NCBI GenBank assembly: GCA_963705305.1
Contig: OY970067.1
Span: forward strand, 5,120,001-5,184,000
Source of the DNA: an uncultured Methylomirabilota bacterium
GTDB taxonomy: Bacteria > Methylomirabilota > Methylomirabilia > Methylomirabilales > 2-02-FULL-66-22
Length of the DNA: 64,000 nt
Direction of reading: 5' to 3'
The position numbers and the translations under genes are program-made. This document shows, in pieces, positions 22,616 to 33,685 of this stretch. Under the pieces are notes generated by a model that did not search any database, was not told the origin of the DNA, and saw only the letters and a program-made list of their open reading frames with translations. The number at the start of each line of letters is the position of its first letter. The first letter of the stretch is position 1.

Positions 22616-24669
22616 TGGACATGCTCCGCTTCGTCCTGGTCTTCCACGACCACCAGCCGGTGGGCAACGATCCCCGGATCATCGAGGAGGTTGCCCGAGC
22701 CTCCTACCGGCCGCTGCTGGCCGTCCTGGATGCGGCCCCCTGGCTGCGGCATGCGCTGCACATCAGCGGCCCGTTGCTCGCCTGGATGGAGGCGTTCGAC
22801 CACGCCTACCTGGACCGGCTGGGGACCATGGTCGCGCGGGGGCAGGTGGAGCTCTTGACCGGCGGCCTTACCGAGCCGATCCTGGCCTCCATCCCCGGCC
22901 CCGACCGCGTCGCCCAGGTGGCGGCCCTGTCGGACAAGATCGAGCGGCGATTCGGCAGGCGGCCGCAGGGGCTCTGGCTGACGGAGCGGGCCTGGGAATC
23001 CGAGATCCTCCCAGACCTCGCGGCGGCGGGGGTGCGGTACGTCTTCATGGACGATCAGGCCTTCATCGCCGCGGGGATGTCGCCGGAGGATTTGACCGCC
23101 CACTTTCTCACCGAGGCGGGAGGGCACCGCCTGGCCGTCTTTCCCCTGGACCGGCGCCTGCGCGCCCTGGTGCCATGGGCCCCGCCGCAGGAGACGGAGG
23201 CCTACCTGGCCGCCCGGGCCGCGGCGGGGCAGCGGGTGGCCGTCTTCGGCGACGACGGGGAGAAGTTCGGCGCCTGGCCCGACACTCACGCCAAGGTCTA
23301 CGAGGGGGGGTGGCTGCGGGACTTCCTGGCCGGCCTCCAGCGCCTGGCTGACCGGGTGCGGATCTCCCTGCCCTCGGAGGTCATGGCGGAGACCCCGGCG
23401 GCCGGGCTCTGCTACCTGCCGACCTCCTCGTACAACGAGCTGGAGGACTGGGCCCTGCCCCCGGCCCGGGCGGCCGAGCTGGGCGCCCTCAAGGCGCGCC
23501 TGGGCCCGGAGGCGGAGCGCTTCTCCCCCTTCCTCCGGGGCAGCCATTGGAAGCACTTCCTGGTGCGCTACGCCGAGGCCAATCGGGCCCACAAGAAGAT
23601 GCTGGCCCTGCGGGCCCTTCTCACCCGGCGGCGCCGCGCGGACGCCGTCTGGCAGGACCTCTACGCCGCCCAGTGCAACGACGCCTACTGGCACGGCTGG
23701 TTCGGCGGCGTCTATCTCCCGCTGCTCCGGCATGTCACCTGGATGCACCTGGCCCGGGTCGAGCGCGCCCTGCGCCGGCGGGAGGCGCTGCAGGTGGAGC
23801 AGGTGGACCTGGACCTGGACGGCCGGCCCGAGGTGTGGATTCACTCGGCGGCCGTCTCCGCCCTGCTCCAGGCCCATCACGGAGGCACCCTGGTCGAGTG
23901 GACCGACCTGCGACGCGAGGTCAACCTGCTGAACGTCCTGACCCGGCGGCCGGAGTGGTACCACGCCCGGCTGCAGGGGCCGGACCCCGCCCAGCTGCTC
24001 CCAGGGCCGGACGGACAGCCGCCGGATGCACGGGAGGGCCTCGCCTACGACCCGTGGGACCGGGTGTCCTTCCGCGATCGCTTCCTGGATGCCCCTCCCT
24101 CGGCAGAGGCCCTGGCCTGCCGGGCGCTTGCAGAGCGGGGAGACTTCGCCAATCTCCCTTACGACTGCGAGCTGCTGCCGGCGGGGGCGGCCCTGAGCCG
24201 GCGCGGCACCGTCGGGACGGCCGCCGGATCGCACCGTGTCCTCCTCCGCAAGAGCTATGTCTTCACGGCCCGGGGGCAGCTCCGGGTGACCTACCGGCTC
24301 TCCATGGATGAGGGAGACGGGGGGGACGCCTGGTTCGCAACCGAGCTGAATCTGTTCCTCCCCGCCCTGGTGGACCGGCATGGGACGGTCCGGATCGGAC
24401 GACGGTCGGTGGACCCGGCCAGGCCTGCCAACGGCAGTGGATCCCGCGTGACGCTGCGGGAGGGGACGGCGGGTGGCCGCGCATTGGGCCTCGCCTGCTC
24501 GCAGCCGGCCGAGGTGGCGCTCTGCCCCATCCGGACACTGAGCCAGAGCGAGCGGGGGTTCGAGCTGACCTGCCAGGGGCACGGCCTGATCCTGGCATGG
24601 CCGCTCGTCCTCCGGCCCGGGGGCGCCTGGTCGGTCGAGATCACCGCAGCGGTCACGGGAAGGGGGTGA
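22615..24669 (+). CDS. GH57 alpha-amylase/4-alpha-glucanotransferase (DUF1925/DUF1926 type)
   Basis: HDHQPVGN, GLWLTERAWE, GDDGEKFG, AQCNDAYWHG.FGG, LSQSERGFE; starts at TGATG overlap with treY. Confidence 0.92.
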   Translation: MDMLRFVLVFHDHQPVGNDPRIIEEVARASYRPLLAVLDAAPWLRHALHISGPLLAWMEAFDHAYLDRLGTMVARGQVELLTGGLTEPILASIPGPDRVAQVAALSDKIERRFGRRPQGLWLTERAWESEILPDLAAAGVRYVFMDDQAFIAAGMSPEDLTAHFLTEAGGHRLAVFPLDRRLRALVPWAPPQETEAYLAARAAAGQRVAVFGDDGEKFGAWPDTHAKVYEGGWLRDFLAGLQRLADRVRISLPSEVMAETPAAGLCYLPTSSYNELEDWALPPARAAELGALKARLGPEAERFSPFLRGSHWKHFLVRYAEANRAHKKMLALRALLTRRRRADAVWQDLYAAQCNDAYWHGWFGGVYLPLLRHVTWMHLARVERALRRREALQVEQVDLDLDGRPEVWIHSAAVSALLQAHHGGTLVEWTDLRREVNLLNVLTRRPEWYHARLQGPDPAQLLPGPDGQPPDAREGLAYDPWDRVSFRDRFLDAPPSAEALACRALAERGDFANLPYDCELLPAGAALSRRGTVGTAAGSHRVLLRKSYVFTARGQLRVTYRLSMDEGDGGDAWFATELNLFLPALVDRHGTVRIGRRSVDPARPANGSGSRVTLREGTAGGRALGLACSQPAEVALCPIRTLSQSERGFELTCQGHGLILAWPLVLRPGGAWSVEITAAVTGRG

Positions 24670-24676
24670 GGCAGGC

Positions 24677-26848
24677 ATGGCAAGCGCGGCGGCGAATCGT
24701 GCCCTGCGGGGCGACATGCGGACCGTCTGGATCGGCAACGTCTGGCCGGAGCTGGACGGCGGACGGTTTCCCGTCAAGCGCGAGGTGGGCAACGTCCTGG
24801 AGGTGAGCGCCGATATCCTGCGGGAGGGCCACGAGGCGCTGGCCGCCGTGCTGAAGTACCGGGCGGTCAAGGATCCCGACTGGCGGGAGGTGCGCATGAC
24901 GCCGGCGGGGAACGATCGCTGGGTCGCGCGCTTCCCCCTGGAGGAGAACACCCGATACGCGTACACCATCCAGGCCTATCCCGACGCTTACCGGAGCTGG
25001 GCCGAGGACCTCAAGAAGCGGCTGGCGGCTGATATGGAGGTGACCAGCGAGCTCTTGGAGGGGGCGGAGCTTCTGCGCCGGACGCTGCCCCGGGCCCAGG
25101 GGGCGGACCGCAAGCGGCTGGAGGAGCGCCTGGCGGAGTTCGAGCGGTCCGAGACGTCGGCCGCCCGGGCCCGCATCCTGCTGGATGCGGAGACGGCCGA
25201 GCTGATGGAGCTGTACCCCGACCGCAGCGCCGCCACTTCGTACGACCGGGAGCTGGAGGTGGTGGCGGATCGGCCCTTGGCCCGGTTCGCCGCTTGGTAC
25301 GAGATGTTCCCCCGCTCGCAGGGAACGGTCCCCGGCCGCCACGGGACGTTCCAGGACTGCATCGCGCGCCTCCCCGCCATCGCGGCCATGGGCTTCGACG
25401 TGATCTATCTTCCCCCCATCCACCCCATCGGGAGGAGCTTCCGCAAGGGACGGAACAACAGCCTCTCGGCGGGCCCGGACGATCCCGGCTCGCCCTGGGC
25501 CATCGGCAACGAGCAGGGCGGGCACAAGGCCGTGGAGCCGTCCCTGGGCACCCTGGATGATTTCCGGGCTTTCGTCCGGGCGGCCCGCGAGTCGGGGATG
25601 GAGGTCGCGCTGGACTACGCCCTGCAGTGCTCGCCCGATCATCCCTACGTGCGCGAGCACCCCGAGTGGTTCTACGCCCGTCCCGACGGGACGATCAAGT
25701 ACGCCGAGAATCCTCCCAAGAAGTACCAGGACATCTATCCGCTCAATTTCTACTGCCGGGACCGGGAGGCGCTCTGGGAAGAGATGAAGAGCATCCTCCT
25801 GTTCTGGATCGAGCAGGGCGTGCGGATCTTCCGGGTGGACAATCCCCACACCAAGCCGATCTCCTTCTGGGCCTGGGTCATCGGCGAAATCAAGGCGGTC
25901 CACCCGGACGTGATCTTCCTGGCGGAGGCATTCACGCGCCCCAAGGTGATGCAGGCGCTGGCCAAGGTGGGGTTCACCCAGTCCTACACCTACTTCACCT
26001 GGCGGAACTTCAAGGCCGAGCTGATCGACTATTTCACCGAACTCACTCAGACGGCCGCCGCCGAGTTTTTCCGGGGGAACCTCTTCACCAACACCCCCGA
26101 CATCCTCCCGCCCATTCTCCAGCAGGGGGGACGCCCGGCCTTCAAGATGCGGCTCGTCCTGGCCGCCACGCTGTCCTCGGTCTACGGCATCTACAGCGGC
26201 TACGAGCTGTGCGAGAACGACGCCAACCCGGGGACGGAGGAGTACCTGAACGCGGAGAAGTACGAGATCAAGGTGCGCGACTGGCTGGCACCGGGCAACC
26301 TCGCCGACTACATCGCGCGGGTCAACCGCATCCGCCGGGAGAACCCCGCCCTGCACGAGTATCGGAACCTGCGCTTCTACGAGAGCGACGACGACAACAT
26401 CCTGTTCTACGGCAAGCGAAACTTCCACGGGACCAACGCCGTCCTGGTGGCGGTCAACCTGGATCCCTTCGAGAGTCACGAGGCCGCCATCCGCGTGCCG
26501 CTGGCGGAGCTGGGCATCCAACCCGACCAGCGCTACCAGGTGGAGGAGCTGTTGACCGGACGGCGGTACCTGTGGAAGGGGGCCGAGCAGTCGGTGCGGC
26601 TGGATCCGCGCCAGGAGCCGGCGGCGATCTTCCGCATCCACCCGTTCCCGCACCGGGATTACCCTAATCTCCGGCTAAGCGGTGGCCAGCCGGGCGATCT
26701 TGCGCCGCGCCCGGACGAGCAAGGCGTGCTGCAGGGCGCCCGAGAGCCGCAAGAGCGTCCGTCGGGCATGCGCGACGACCTTCCCGACGGTGTTGAACAG
26801 CAGGAACCGGAGACGCTTCGGCCGGGCGGTCCGGAGATCTCCGGGTAA
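24677..26848 (+). CDS. glgE: Alpha-1,4-glucan:maltose-1-phosphate maltosyltransferase; native last 5 codons displaced by IS1380
   Basis: WYEMFPRS, YLPPIHPIG, GSPWAIG, ENPPKKYQDIYP, FRVDNPHTKP, LAEAFT, NTPDIL; native end HRDY-GTPCF* resumes at 28187-28205. Confidence 0.95.
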   Translation: MASAAANRALRGDMRTVWIGNVWPELDGGRFPVKREVGNVLEVSADILREGHEALAAVLKYRAVKDPDWREVRMTPAGNDRWVARFPLEENTRYAYTIQAYPDAYRSWAEDLKKRLAADMEVTSELLEGAELLRRTLPRAQGADRKRLEERLAEFERSETSAARARILLDAETAELMELYPDRSAATSYDRELEVVADRPLARFAAWYEMFPRSQGTVPGRHGTFQDCIARLPAIAAMGFDVIYLPPIHPIGRSFRKGRNNSLSAGPDDPGSPWAIGNEQGGHKAVEPSLGTLDDFRAFVRAARESGMEVALDYALQCSPDHPYVREHPEWFYARPDGTIKYAENPPKKYQDIYPLNFYCRDREALWEEMKSILLFWIEQGVRIFRVDNPHTKPISFWAWVIGEIKAVHPDVIFLAEAFTRPKVMQALAKVGFTQSYTYFTWRNFKAELIDYFTELTQTAAAEFFRGNLFTNTPDILPPILQQGGRPAFKMRLVLAATLSSVYGIYSGYELCENDANPGTEEYLNAEKYEIKVRDWLAPGNLADYIARVNRIRRENPALHEYRNLRFYESDDDNILFYGKRNFHGTNAVLVAVNLDPFESHEAAIRVPLAELGIQPDQRYQVEELLTGRRYLWKGAEQSVRLDPRQEPAAIFRIHPFPHRDYPNLRLSGGQPGDLAPRPDEQGVLQGAREPQERPSGMRDDLPDGVEQQEPETLRPGGPEISG

Positions 26849-28181
26849 GGTCAACCGCTTGAGCGCGGTGAGCAGGTTGTAGGTGAGCACGTTCAGCCGG
26901 AACCAGGCGGCGTTCGCCCCGAACTTCCCACTGGGCAGCGCGGCGGCCGCCAGCTCGGTCTTGAGGACGTGATGGGTGTGCTCGATGGTCCCTGCTTTCT
27001 CCCGGTGCCACCGGAGGATCGTGAGCCCATCCTCCGGCCGATTGGTGACCACGGCGAAGTACTGCACGCTACTCCCGTCGGCGAAGAGGCTCCCCTGGCG
27101 TCGCTGGATACGCACCGCGAGGTAGCGGCGAACGCACGGCCGCGCCTTCCGGTGATCGCCATCCTCGGGGACGTAGGGGACTTCGGCCCAGGCCCGGATC
27201 GCCTCGGGCTCCTCCCGCTCGAGCTGCCAGGCGGCCGCGGGGAGGCGCCGGATCTCGGCCTGGAGCTGCGCGGACATATCGGCGCTAATCGCGTAGGCGA
27301 TTTTCTTCTCCTCGCACCAGCGGAGGACCTCCGTCTCGTAGAGGGCGCTGTCGGCCCGCAGGGAGATGCGGTCCACGCCCTGGGGCAAGTTGGCCACCGC
27401 CTGTTCGAGGACGCGCACGTTGCCGCACCCGGCGGGCACCTGGCCATCGCGGAACTGGTCGTGCACGATGACATCGTGCTCGGCCCAGAGGACCACGACG
27501 GGCTGGTAGCCCCGGGTCCCGTCGTAGGCCACGGTCGCCGCGTCCTTGTGGCTCTCGACGAGCGTCGCGTCCACATCCAGGGTGGCCGTCGCCGCCCGGG
27601 CCCCGCGCTGGACGCCCGCGACCAGCGTCCGGTTCGCCTGTCCGAGGCCCGCCAAGGGGGCGGACTCCAGGGGGACCGTGGCCGCGGGCCCGGCCACCCA
27701 GAGCGGCCCGTCCTCCACGTGGAAGGCCTCGAGGAAGTCCCGGACCGTGGTCGCGGCCGGCAGGGGGTAGCCGAGCAGCGTGGCCAGGGCCTGATCCTCC
27801 CGGAGCGTCGTGAGGTCCTGGCAGCGGTCCCCGCCGCTCGTCCACAACGCGACGAGACTCTCCACGAGCTGCGAGGGGGGTAATCCGCGCTGCCGCTGCT
27901 TGACCGCAACGTGGGTGTCGACGGCCTGGGCCACCCCGAGCTGGCGGAACAGCTCGATCACGAGCGGGACCCCGGCCCGGCCCGTGACCAGCGTGGGGTC
28001 GATCGCGTCATCGATCTCGAACGGCAACCGGGGCGAGGTGTCGGGCATCGCTCTCCTCCTTGTGGTGTTTGCACCCACTGGGTGAAACCAAGCAAGGCCG
28101 ATGCCAACCCCGCGGGCCGCGCGCACTGCGGGCCGCTGCGTGATTCGCGATCCCCCTCAACTTCTTAGCCGGAGATTAGGG
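26662..28181 (-). mobile_element. IS1380-family insertion sequence (1520 bp)
   Basis: Perfect 18-bp IRs CCCTAATCTCCGGCTAAG / CTTAGCCGGAGATTAGGG; GATTA duplicated at 26657-26661 and 28182-28186. Confidence 0.95.
26675..28048 (-). CDS. IS1380-family DDE transposase
   Basis: AGGAGGA RBS; TGRAG, TLDVDAT, GYQP, RADSA, IEH..LK.EL, PSGKFGANAAW; stop codon lies inside the IR. Confidence 0.92.
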   Translation of the reverse strand: MPDTSPRLPFEIDDAIDPTLVTGRAGVPLVIELFRQLGVAQAVDTHVAVKQRQRGLPPSQLVESLVALWTSGGDRCQDLTTLREDQALATLLGYPLPAATTVRDFLEAFHVEDGPLWVAGPAATVPLESAPLAGLGQANRTLVAGVQRGARAATATLDVDATLVESHKDAATVAYDGTRGYQPVVVLWAEHDVIVHDQFRDGQVPAGCGNVRVLEQAVANLPQGVDRISLRADSALYETEVLRWCEEKKIAYAISADMSAQLQAEIRRLPAAAWQLEREEPEAIRAWAEVPYVPEDGDHRKARPCVRRYLAVRIQRRQGSLFADGSSVQYFAVVTNRPEDGLTILRWHREKAGTIEHTHHVLKTELAAAALPSGKFGANAAWFRLNVLTYNLLTALKRLTLPGDLRTARPKRLRFLLFNTVGKVVAHARRTLLRLSGALQHALLVRARRKIARLATA

Positions 28182-28262
28182 GATTACGGGACGCCGTGCT
28201 TTTGATGTATTAGACTATCAATGTGGACCGGTCCGGGAGAGCAGGGAGCACGCGAGACGCGT

Positions 28263-29933
28263 ATGGACAACCTCTGGTACAAGGACGCGGTCTTCTACGA
28301 GCTGCACGTGAAGGCGTTCCAGGACGGGAACGACGACGGCGTGGGGGATTTCCGCGGCCTCCTCCAGCGCCTGGACTACCTCCAGGACCTGGGGGTGGAC
28401 TGCCTCTGGCTGCTCCCGTTCTACCCCTCCCCGCTCCGCGACGACGGCTACGACATCTCCGACTTCACCCGGGTGTCGCCCCTCTTCGGGACGATGGAGG
28501 ACTTCCAGGCCTTCCTCGACGCGGCCCATCATCGGGGCCTGCGGGTCATCGCCGACCTGGTGGTCAACCACACCTCGGACCAGCACGCCTGGTTCCAGGA
28601 GGCCCGGCGGAGCCCCGACTCGCCCAAGCGGGATTACTACGTCTGGAGCCCCGACGACAAGAAGTACGGGGATGCCCGGATCATCTTCGTGGACACCGAG
28701 AAATCCAACTGGACCTGGGATCCGGAGGCGAAGGCCTACTACTGGCACCGCTTCTTCAGCCACCAGCCGGACCTCAACTACGATAACCCGGCGGTCCAGC
28801 AGGAGATGCTGGACGTCATGCGGTTCTGGATGGACAAGGGGCTGGACGGCTTTCGCTGCGACGCGGTCCCGTACCTGTTCGAGCGGGAGGGGACCAACTG
28901 CGAGAACCTCCCGGAGACCCACGCGTTCCTGAAGCGGCTGCGCGCCGCTCTGGAGTCCCAGTACCCGGGCCGCGTCCTGCTGGCCGAGGCCAATCAGTGG
29001 CCCAGCGACGTGCGGCCCTACTTCGGGGAGGGGGACGAGTTCCACATGGCCTTTCACTTCCCCGTGATGCCGCGGCTCTTCATGGCCGTGCGCAGCGCCG
29101 ACCGGCGGCCCATCACCGACATGTTCCTGCACACGCCTCCCATCCCCGCCACCTGCCAGTGGTGCCTGTTCCTCCGAAACCACGACGAGCTGACGCTGGA
29201 GATGTGCACCGGTCCGGAGCGGGATTTCATGTACTACGCCTACGCCCAGGATCCGCTGATGAAGCTGAACATCGGCATCCGGCGGCGGCTGGCCCCGCTC
29301 CTGGAGAGCGACCGCACCAAGACCCAGCTCCTGACCAGCCTCCTGTTCACCCTGCCGGGCACCCCCATCATCTACTACGGGGACGAGATCGGCATGGGGG
29401 ACAACATCCACCTGGGGGACCGGAGCGGCGTCCGGACGCCCATGCAATGGTCGGCGGATCGCAATGCCGGCTTCTCCCACGCCGACGCCGCGCAGCTCTA
29501 CAGCCCGGTCATCAGCGATCCGATCTACGGCTACCAGACGATCAACGTGGAGGCCCAGCTCGGGACCCCGTCCTCGCTCCTGCACTGGATGCGGCGGCTG
29601 ATCGCCGTTCGCAAGAGCTCCCGCGTGTTCGGCCGCGGAAGCCTGCGCTTCCTCGGTCCGGCCAACACCCGGGTCCTGGCCCACCTGCGCGAGCACGAGA
29701 GGGAGACGATCCTGGCCGTCCACAATCTGTCGAACTCGGCGGAGCCGGCGGAGCTGAACCTGGCCGAATTCCGCGGGGCGGTGCCGGTGGAGATGCTGGG
29801 AGGCGCCCGGTTCCCCACGATCGGTGAGACCCCCTATTTTCTGAGCCTGGGCCCGTACGGATTCTACTGGCTCCGGCTGCACCGGCCGGCGCCCCAGGCG
29901 GAGCGGTACGGGATCGAGACTTCCTCGATATGA
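28263..29933 (+). CDS. treS: Trehalose synthase / maltose alpha-D-glucosyltransferase (GH13)
   Basis: [67 protein letters not shown]. Confidence 0.96.
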   Translation: MDNLWYKDAVFYELHVKAFQDGNDDGVGDFRGLLQRLDYLQDLGVDCLWLLPFYPSPLRDDGYDISDFTRVSPLFGTMEDFQAFLDAAHHRGLRVIADLVVNHTSDQHAWFQEARRSPDSPKRDYYVWSPDDKKYGDARIIFVDTEKSNWTWDPEAKAYYWHRFFSHQPDLNYDNPAVQQEMLDVMRFWMDKGLDGFRCDAVPYLFEREGTNCENLPETHAFLKRLRAALESQYPGRVLLAEANQWPSDVRPYFGEGDEFHMAFHFPVMPRLFMAVRSADRRPITDMFLHTPPIPATCQWCLFLRNHDELTLEMCTGPERDFMYYAYAQDPLMKLNIGIRRRLAPLLESDRTKTQLLTSLLFTLPGTPIIYYGDEIGMGDNIHLGDRSGVRTPMQWSADRNAGFSHADAAQLYSPVISDPIYGYQTINVEAQLGTPSSLLHWMRRLIAVRKSSRVFGRGSLRFLGPANTRVLAHLREHERETILAVHNLSNSAEPAELNLAEFRGAVPVEMLGGARFPTIGETPYFLSLGPYGFYWLRLHRPAPQAERYGIETSSI

Positions 29934-29953
29934 AGAGGGAGTCCTTCTTCATC

Positions 29954-30098
29954 AGGCTGCTCAAAAAGGCCCAGGTGCAAGGCGCCGTGCGATCCGAGGC
30001 GCGAGGCGTACTGTGCACGTACGTCGCAGCGCCGCGGGAGCGCGAGGGGCACCCGTCCGCAGGACGGGTCTCCGCAGATGGGACTTTTTCAGCAGCCT
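29954..30098. mobile_element. MITE-like element, copy 2 (145 bp)
   Basis: Same IRs and core as 4298..4441; lies between treS and glgA. Confidence 0.8.
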
Positions 30099-30134
30099 GG
30101 TAAGGCGGCGGGACGGCCGTCACGAGGACACCGT

Positions 30135-31394
30135 ATGAAAGCGCTGCTGCTGACCCGGGAGTATCCTCCAGACATCTACGGCGGGGCCGGGGTGCATGTG
30201 GATTACCTGTCGCGGGAGCTGGCCAAGCTGATTCGCGTGGAGGTCCGGACCTTCGGCGATCAGGATCTGTCGATCGGCGACCTCCGGATCCGGGGCTTTC
30301 GCGCGGCCGGGCAATCCGCGGGCTCGGAGGCCCCGGAGAAATTCGGGATGGCCCTGCGGGCCCTCCGGACCTGCGCGGGGTTCGCCGAGCAGGCGGTGGA
30401 CGCCGACGTGGTCCACTGCCACACCTGGTACGCCCACTTCGGCGGCGTGCTGGTCAAGATCCTGTACGGCATCCCCCTGGTGGTCACGGCCCATTCCCTG
30501 GAGCCGCTGCGCCCCTGGAAGCGGGAGCAGCTGGGTCGCGGCGCCGATCTCTCGGCCTGGATCGAGCGGACGGCCCTGGAGTCGGCCGACGCGGTGATCG
30601 CCGTCTCGCAAGAGATGCGCGAGGATATTCTGCGTCATTTCCGGGTGCCGGCCGACAGGGTGCACGTCATCCACAACGGCATCGACACCGCGGAGTACCG
30701 GCCGGTCGCCGGCCGCAGCCGCCTGGAGCGGTTCGGGATCGACCCGACGCGCCCGTACGTGCTGTTCGTCGGCCGCATCTCCCGCCAGAAAGGGATCCTC
30801 CATCTCGTCCGCGCCATCCCCCGGCTCCCGGCCGACACGCAGGTGGTCCTGTGCGCGGGGACGCCGGACACGCCGGACGTCGCCCGGGAGCTGGAGGGGG
30901 CGCTGGACCGCCTGGCGGCCGAGCGCACGGGGGTCCTGTGGATCCGCGAGATGGTGGACCGGCCGACGGCCATCGAGCTGTACTCCCACGCGGCCGTGTT
31001 CTGCTGCCCCTCCATCTACGAGCCCTTCGGGATCATCAACCTGGAGGCCATGGCCTGCGGAACGCCGGTCGTGGCCAGCGCCGTCGGCGGAATCAAGGAG
31101 GTCGTACTCCACGGGGAGACCGGCCTGCTGGTGCCCGTCACGCAAATGAGCGCCCCGCCCTTCGAGCCCGTCGATCCCGGCCGGTTTGCAGGCGACCTCG
31201 CCTCCGCCATCTCGGCCCTTCTGGCGGATGCGGACCTGCGGGGTCGCCTGGGACGCCAGGGACGCCGGCGGGCCGAGGAGCATTTCAGCTGGGCCGCCAT
31301 CGCCCGGCGGACCCGGGCGCTTTACGAAGAGGTGATAGCGGCGCCGGGCCGGGAGGAATCGAACCCGAGGTCTGAGAGGGGCGATGAGCCGTGA
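30135..31394 (+). CDS. glgA: GT4 glycogen synthase of the GlgM type (maltose-1-phosphate synthase-like)
   Basis: LTREYPPDIYGGAGVHV, HCHTWY, HSLEPLRPWK.EQLG, FVGRISRQKG, YEPFGIINLEAMA. Confidence 0.9.
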   Translation: MKALLLTREYPPDIYGGAGVHVDYLSRELAKLIRVEVRTFGDQDLSIGDLRIRGFRAAGQSAGSEAPEKFGMALRALRTCAGFAEQAVDADVVHCHTWYAHFGGVLVKILYGIPLVVTAHSLEPLRPWKREQLGRGADLSAWIERTALESADAVIAVSQEMREDILRHFRVPADRVHVIHNGIDTAEYRPVAGRSRLERFGIDPTRPYVLFVGRISRQKGILHLVRAIPRLPADTQVVLCAGTPDTPDVARELEGALDRLAAERTGVLWIREMVDRPTAIELYSHAAVFCCPSIYEPFGIINLEAMACGTPVVASAVGGIKEVVLHGETGLLVPVTQMSAPPFEPVDPGRFAGDLASAISALLADADLRGRLGRQGRRRAEEHFSWAAIARRTRALYEEVIAAPGREESNPRSERGDEP

Positions 31395-31464
31395 CATTCG
31401 CGCCCCGGTACACGTGTACCCCCGGCAGGAGACCCTCCACCCGGCGGCAGGATAAGGGACGCTC

Positions 31465-33685
31465 ATGAGCACTCGAAAACGCACGCGAACCCCTCGGCCG
31501 GGCCCGCCGCGACCCGAGGCGCTGGCGGCCAAGGCGGCCGAAGGGCTTCCCGCCTTCCTGCCCGCCCAGCGCTGGTTCGGCAGCAAGGCCCGGACAATTG
31601 CCGATGCCACCCTGCTCGACTGGGCGGCTGTACCGGGAACGGCCGGTATCCTGGCGCTTTTCGAGGTCGCCTACACGAGCGGCATGCGGGACGTTCTATC
31701 TCGTCCCGGTCAAGCCCGGCGAAGCGGGCGCGCCCATCGCCGATGCCATGGAGGACCCCGCCTTCTGTATCGCGCTCACCGAGCAGATCCGCCAGGGCGG
31801 CATCCTGGCCGGGCAACTGGGGACCTTCCACGCCACTCCTACGGAGGCCTTCACCGAGATCCTGCCCAGTCGCCCGCAGGAGTGCACCCGAATCCGCGGC
31901 GAGCAGAGCAACACCTCCGTGACCTACGACGGGCGGGCCATCCTGAAACTGTTTCGGCGATTCGAGGTGGGGCTCAATCCTGACTTCGAGATCACCGACT
32001 TCCTGACGCGGCTGACGGCCTTCCGCGGAACGCCGCGGCTGGCCGGCTCCCTGGCCTACGAGGCGCCGGGTCGCGAACGGGCGATCCTGGCCGTCCTCCA
32101 GGAATTCATCGCCAACGAGGGGGATGCCTGGACGGGCATGCAGCGCCGGCTGGCGGAGTACTACGCGGCGGCATCCAACGGCCACGGCGCGGACGAGGGG
32201 GGCGACCCCGTGTTCGCCCGAACCCTGGCAGCCGCGGATGCCCGGGAGATGGTGCGCCTGGGGGCGTTGACCGGCCAGCTCCACATGGCGCTGGCCTCCG
32301 CCCCCCCGGGCACGCCGCTGGCCCCCGAGCTTGTCGCGGAGGAGGATGTGGCGGCCTGGCTGGGGGCCATGGAGGCATTCGCCGACCGGGTGCTGGCCGC
32401 TCTCTCGGCCGCGCTCCCCACCCTTCCCGAGTCGCTGCGGGCGACGGCCCAAGGAATTGTCGAGGAGGCGCCGCGCCTGCGGGATGTCCTTGCGGATGTT
32501 CGGCTGCTCACGGCCGGGAGTGTCACCAAGATCCGGATTCACGGAGACTATCACCTGGGGCAGGTCCTCACGGCGGGGGAGGGGTTCGTCATCCTGGATT
32601 TCGAGGGCGAGCCCGTCCGGCCGCTGGCCGAGCGGCGCGCCAAGCAGTGCCCGCTGAAGGATGTGGCCGGCATGCTGCGCTCCTTTGCCTACGCAACCCA
32701 GGCCGCGCTCTTCCGCGCCGGCGAGGCCAGTCCGGAGGACGCCGGCCTGGCCGGGCGCCTGGCTCCCTGGGCCGAGAACTGGGAGGAGGGAGTTCGCCGG
32801 GCCTTCCTGGCGGGCTACCTGGCCGAGACCTGGGAGCGGGGGGCCTCCTTCCTCCCCCGCGACCGGGAGACGCTGGAGGCCGTCCTTCGCGCCTACGAGC
32901 TGGACAAGGCCGTCTACGAGCTGGAGTACGAGATGCAGAACCGCCCCGCCTGGGTTCGCATCCCGCTGGAGGGTCTGCGGCGGGCGGCGGCTGCAGCGCC
33001 GAAGCCCAAGGCGGCCCCGGCGGTGGCCGGCGCCGGCCCTTTTCACTTCGTGGCCTGCCTGGAGCTGCGCGAGTTCGTAGGCGTCCGGGCGGAGAATGAG
33101 CGCCAGCTGGCCGAGCTGATCGAGGAGGTGCCGCTGGATTCCATCTACCACCACACCCACGGGCTCTTCCTGCGGCACAAATTCGTGGCCGGGGCCTATC
33201 CCAACGACTTTGCTACCTGGGCCGCCATCCAGGTGCGGGATCGGGTGCTGGGAGAGCGACTGGCCATGGTGGATCCGTCCGAGTTTCCCAACCTCCAGGC
33301 CCTGCGGGAGGAGCTGGTGGCCGTCATCGACGATCACCTGCGCGGCCTCCAGTTCGCCCCGGGCGTCATCGCGGGCGAGCCGTTCGACTTCATCCAGTCC
33401 CGCACGGTCGAGATCCCCACGGGGATCCGGGTTCGCAGCCTGCAGGAGTTCCGGGACGCCCTGCTGGAGGTGGATGTCAGCGCCATCTACTTCCACCTGG
33501 TGGAGGCGCGCATGCGCCTGGGACGGGGCCAGAACGATTTCGCCGCCTGGCTGGACGAGCTGGGCGAGGCCGAGCTGGCGGCCAAGGTTCGGACCGTGGA
33601 TCCGTACGCGGGGAGCCTGGAGCGCACGCGGACCCGGCTGATTCAGCTCTGTGACGAGGCCCTGGCGGCCGGGGAGGGACGCTGA
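31465..33685 (+). CDS. mak: Maltokinase (Mak/Pep2) fused to a C-terminal DUF5752 (OrfY-like) domain; frameshift near 31690
   Basis: FLPAQRWFGSK (ORF 31465), then GEQSNTSV, KLFR, RIHGDYHLGQV, ILDFEGEP, DVAGMLRSF, LDKAVYE (ORF 31598); Ala/Pro linker; PFHF..SIYHHTH..NDFATW..YFHLVEAR..NDFAAWL. Confidence 0.88.

Noticed and set aside
26655..26662. 7-bp target duplication GGATTAC with 17-bp IRs
   Set aside because: Formally equivalent reading, but 18-bp IRs with a 5-bp duplication fit IS1380-family norms better; boundary is ambiguous by 1 nt.
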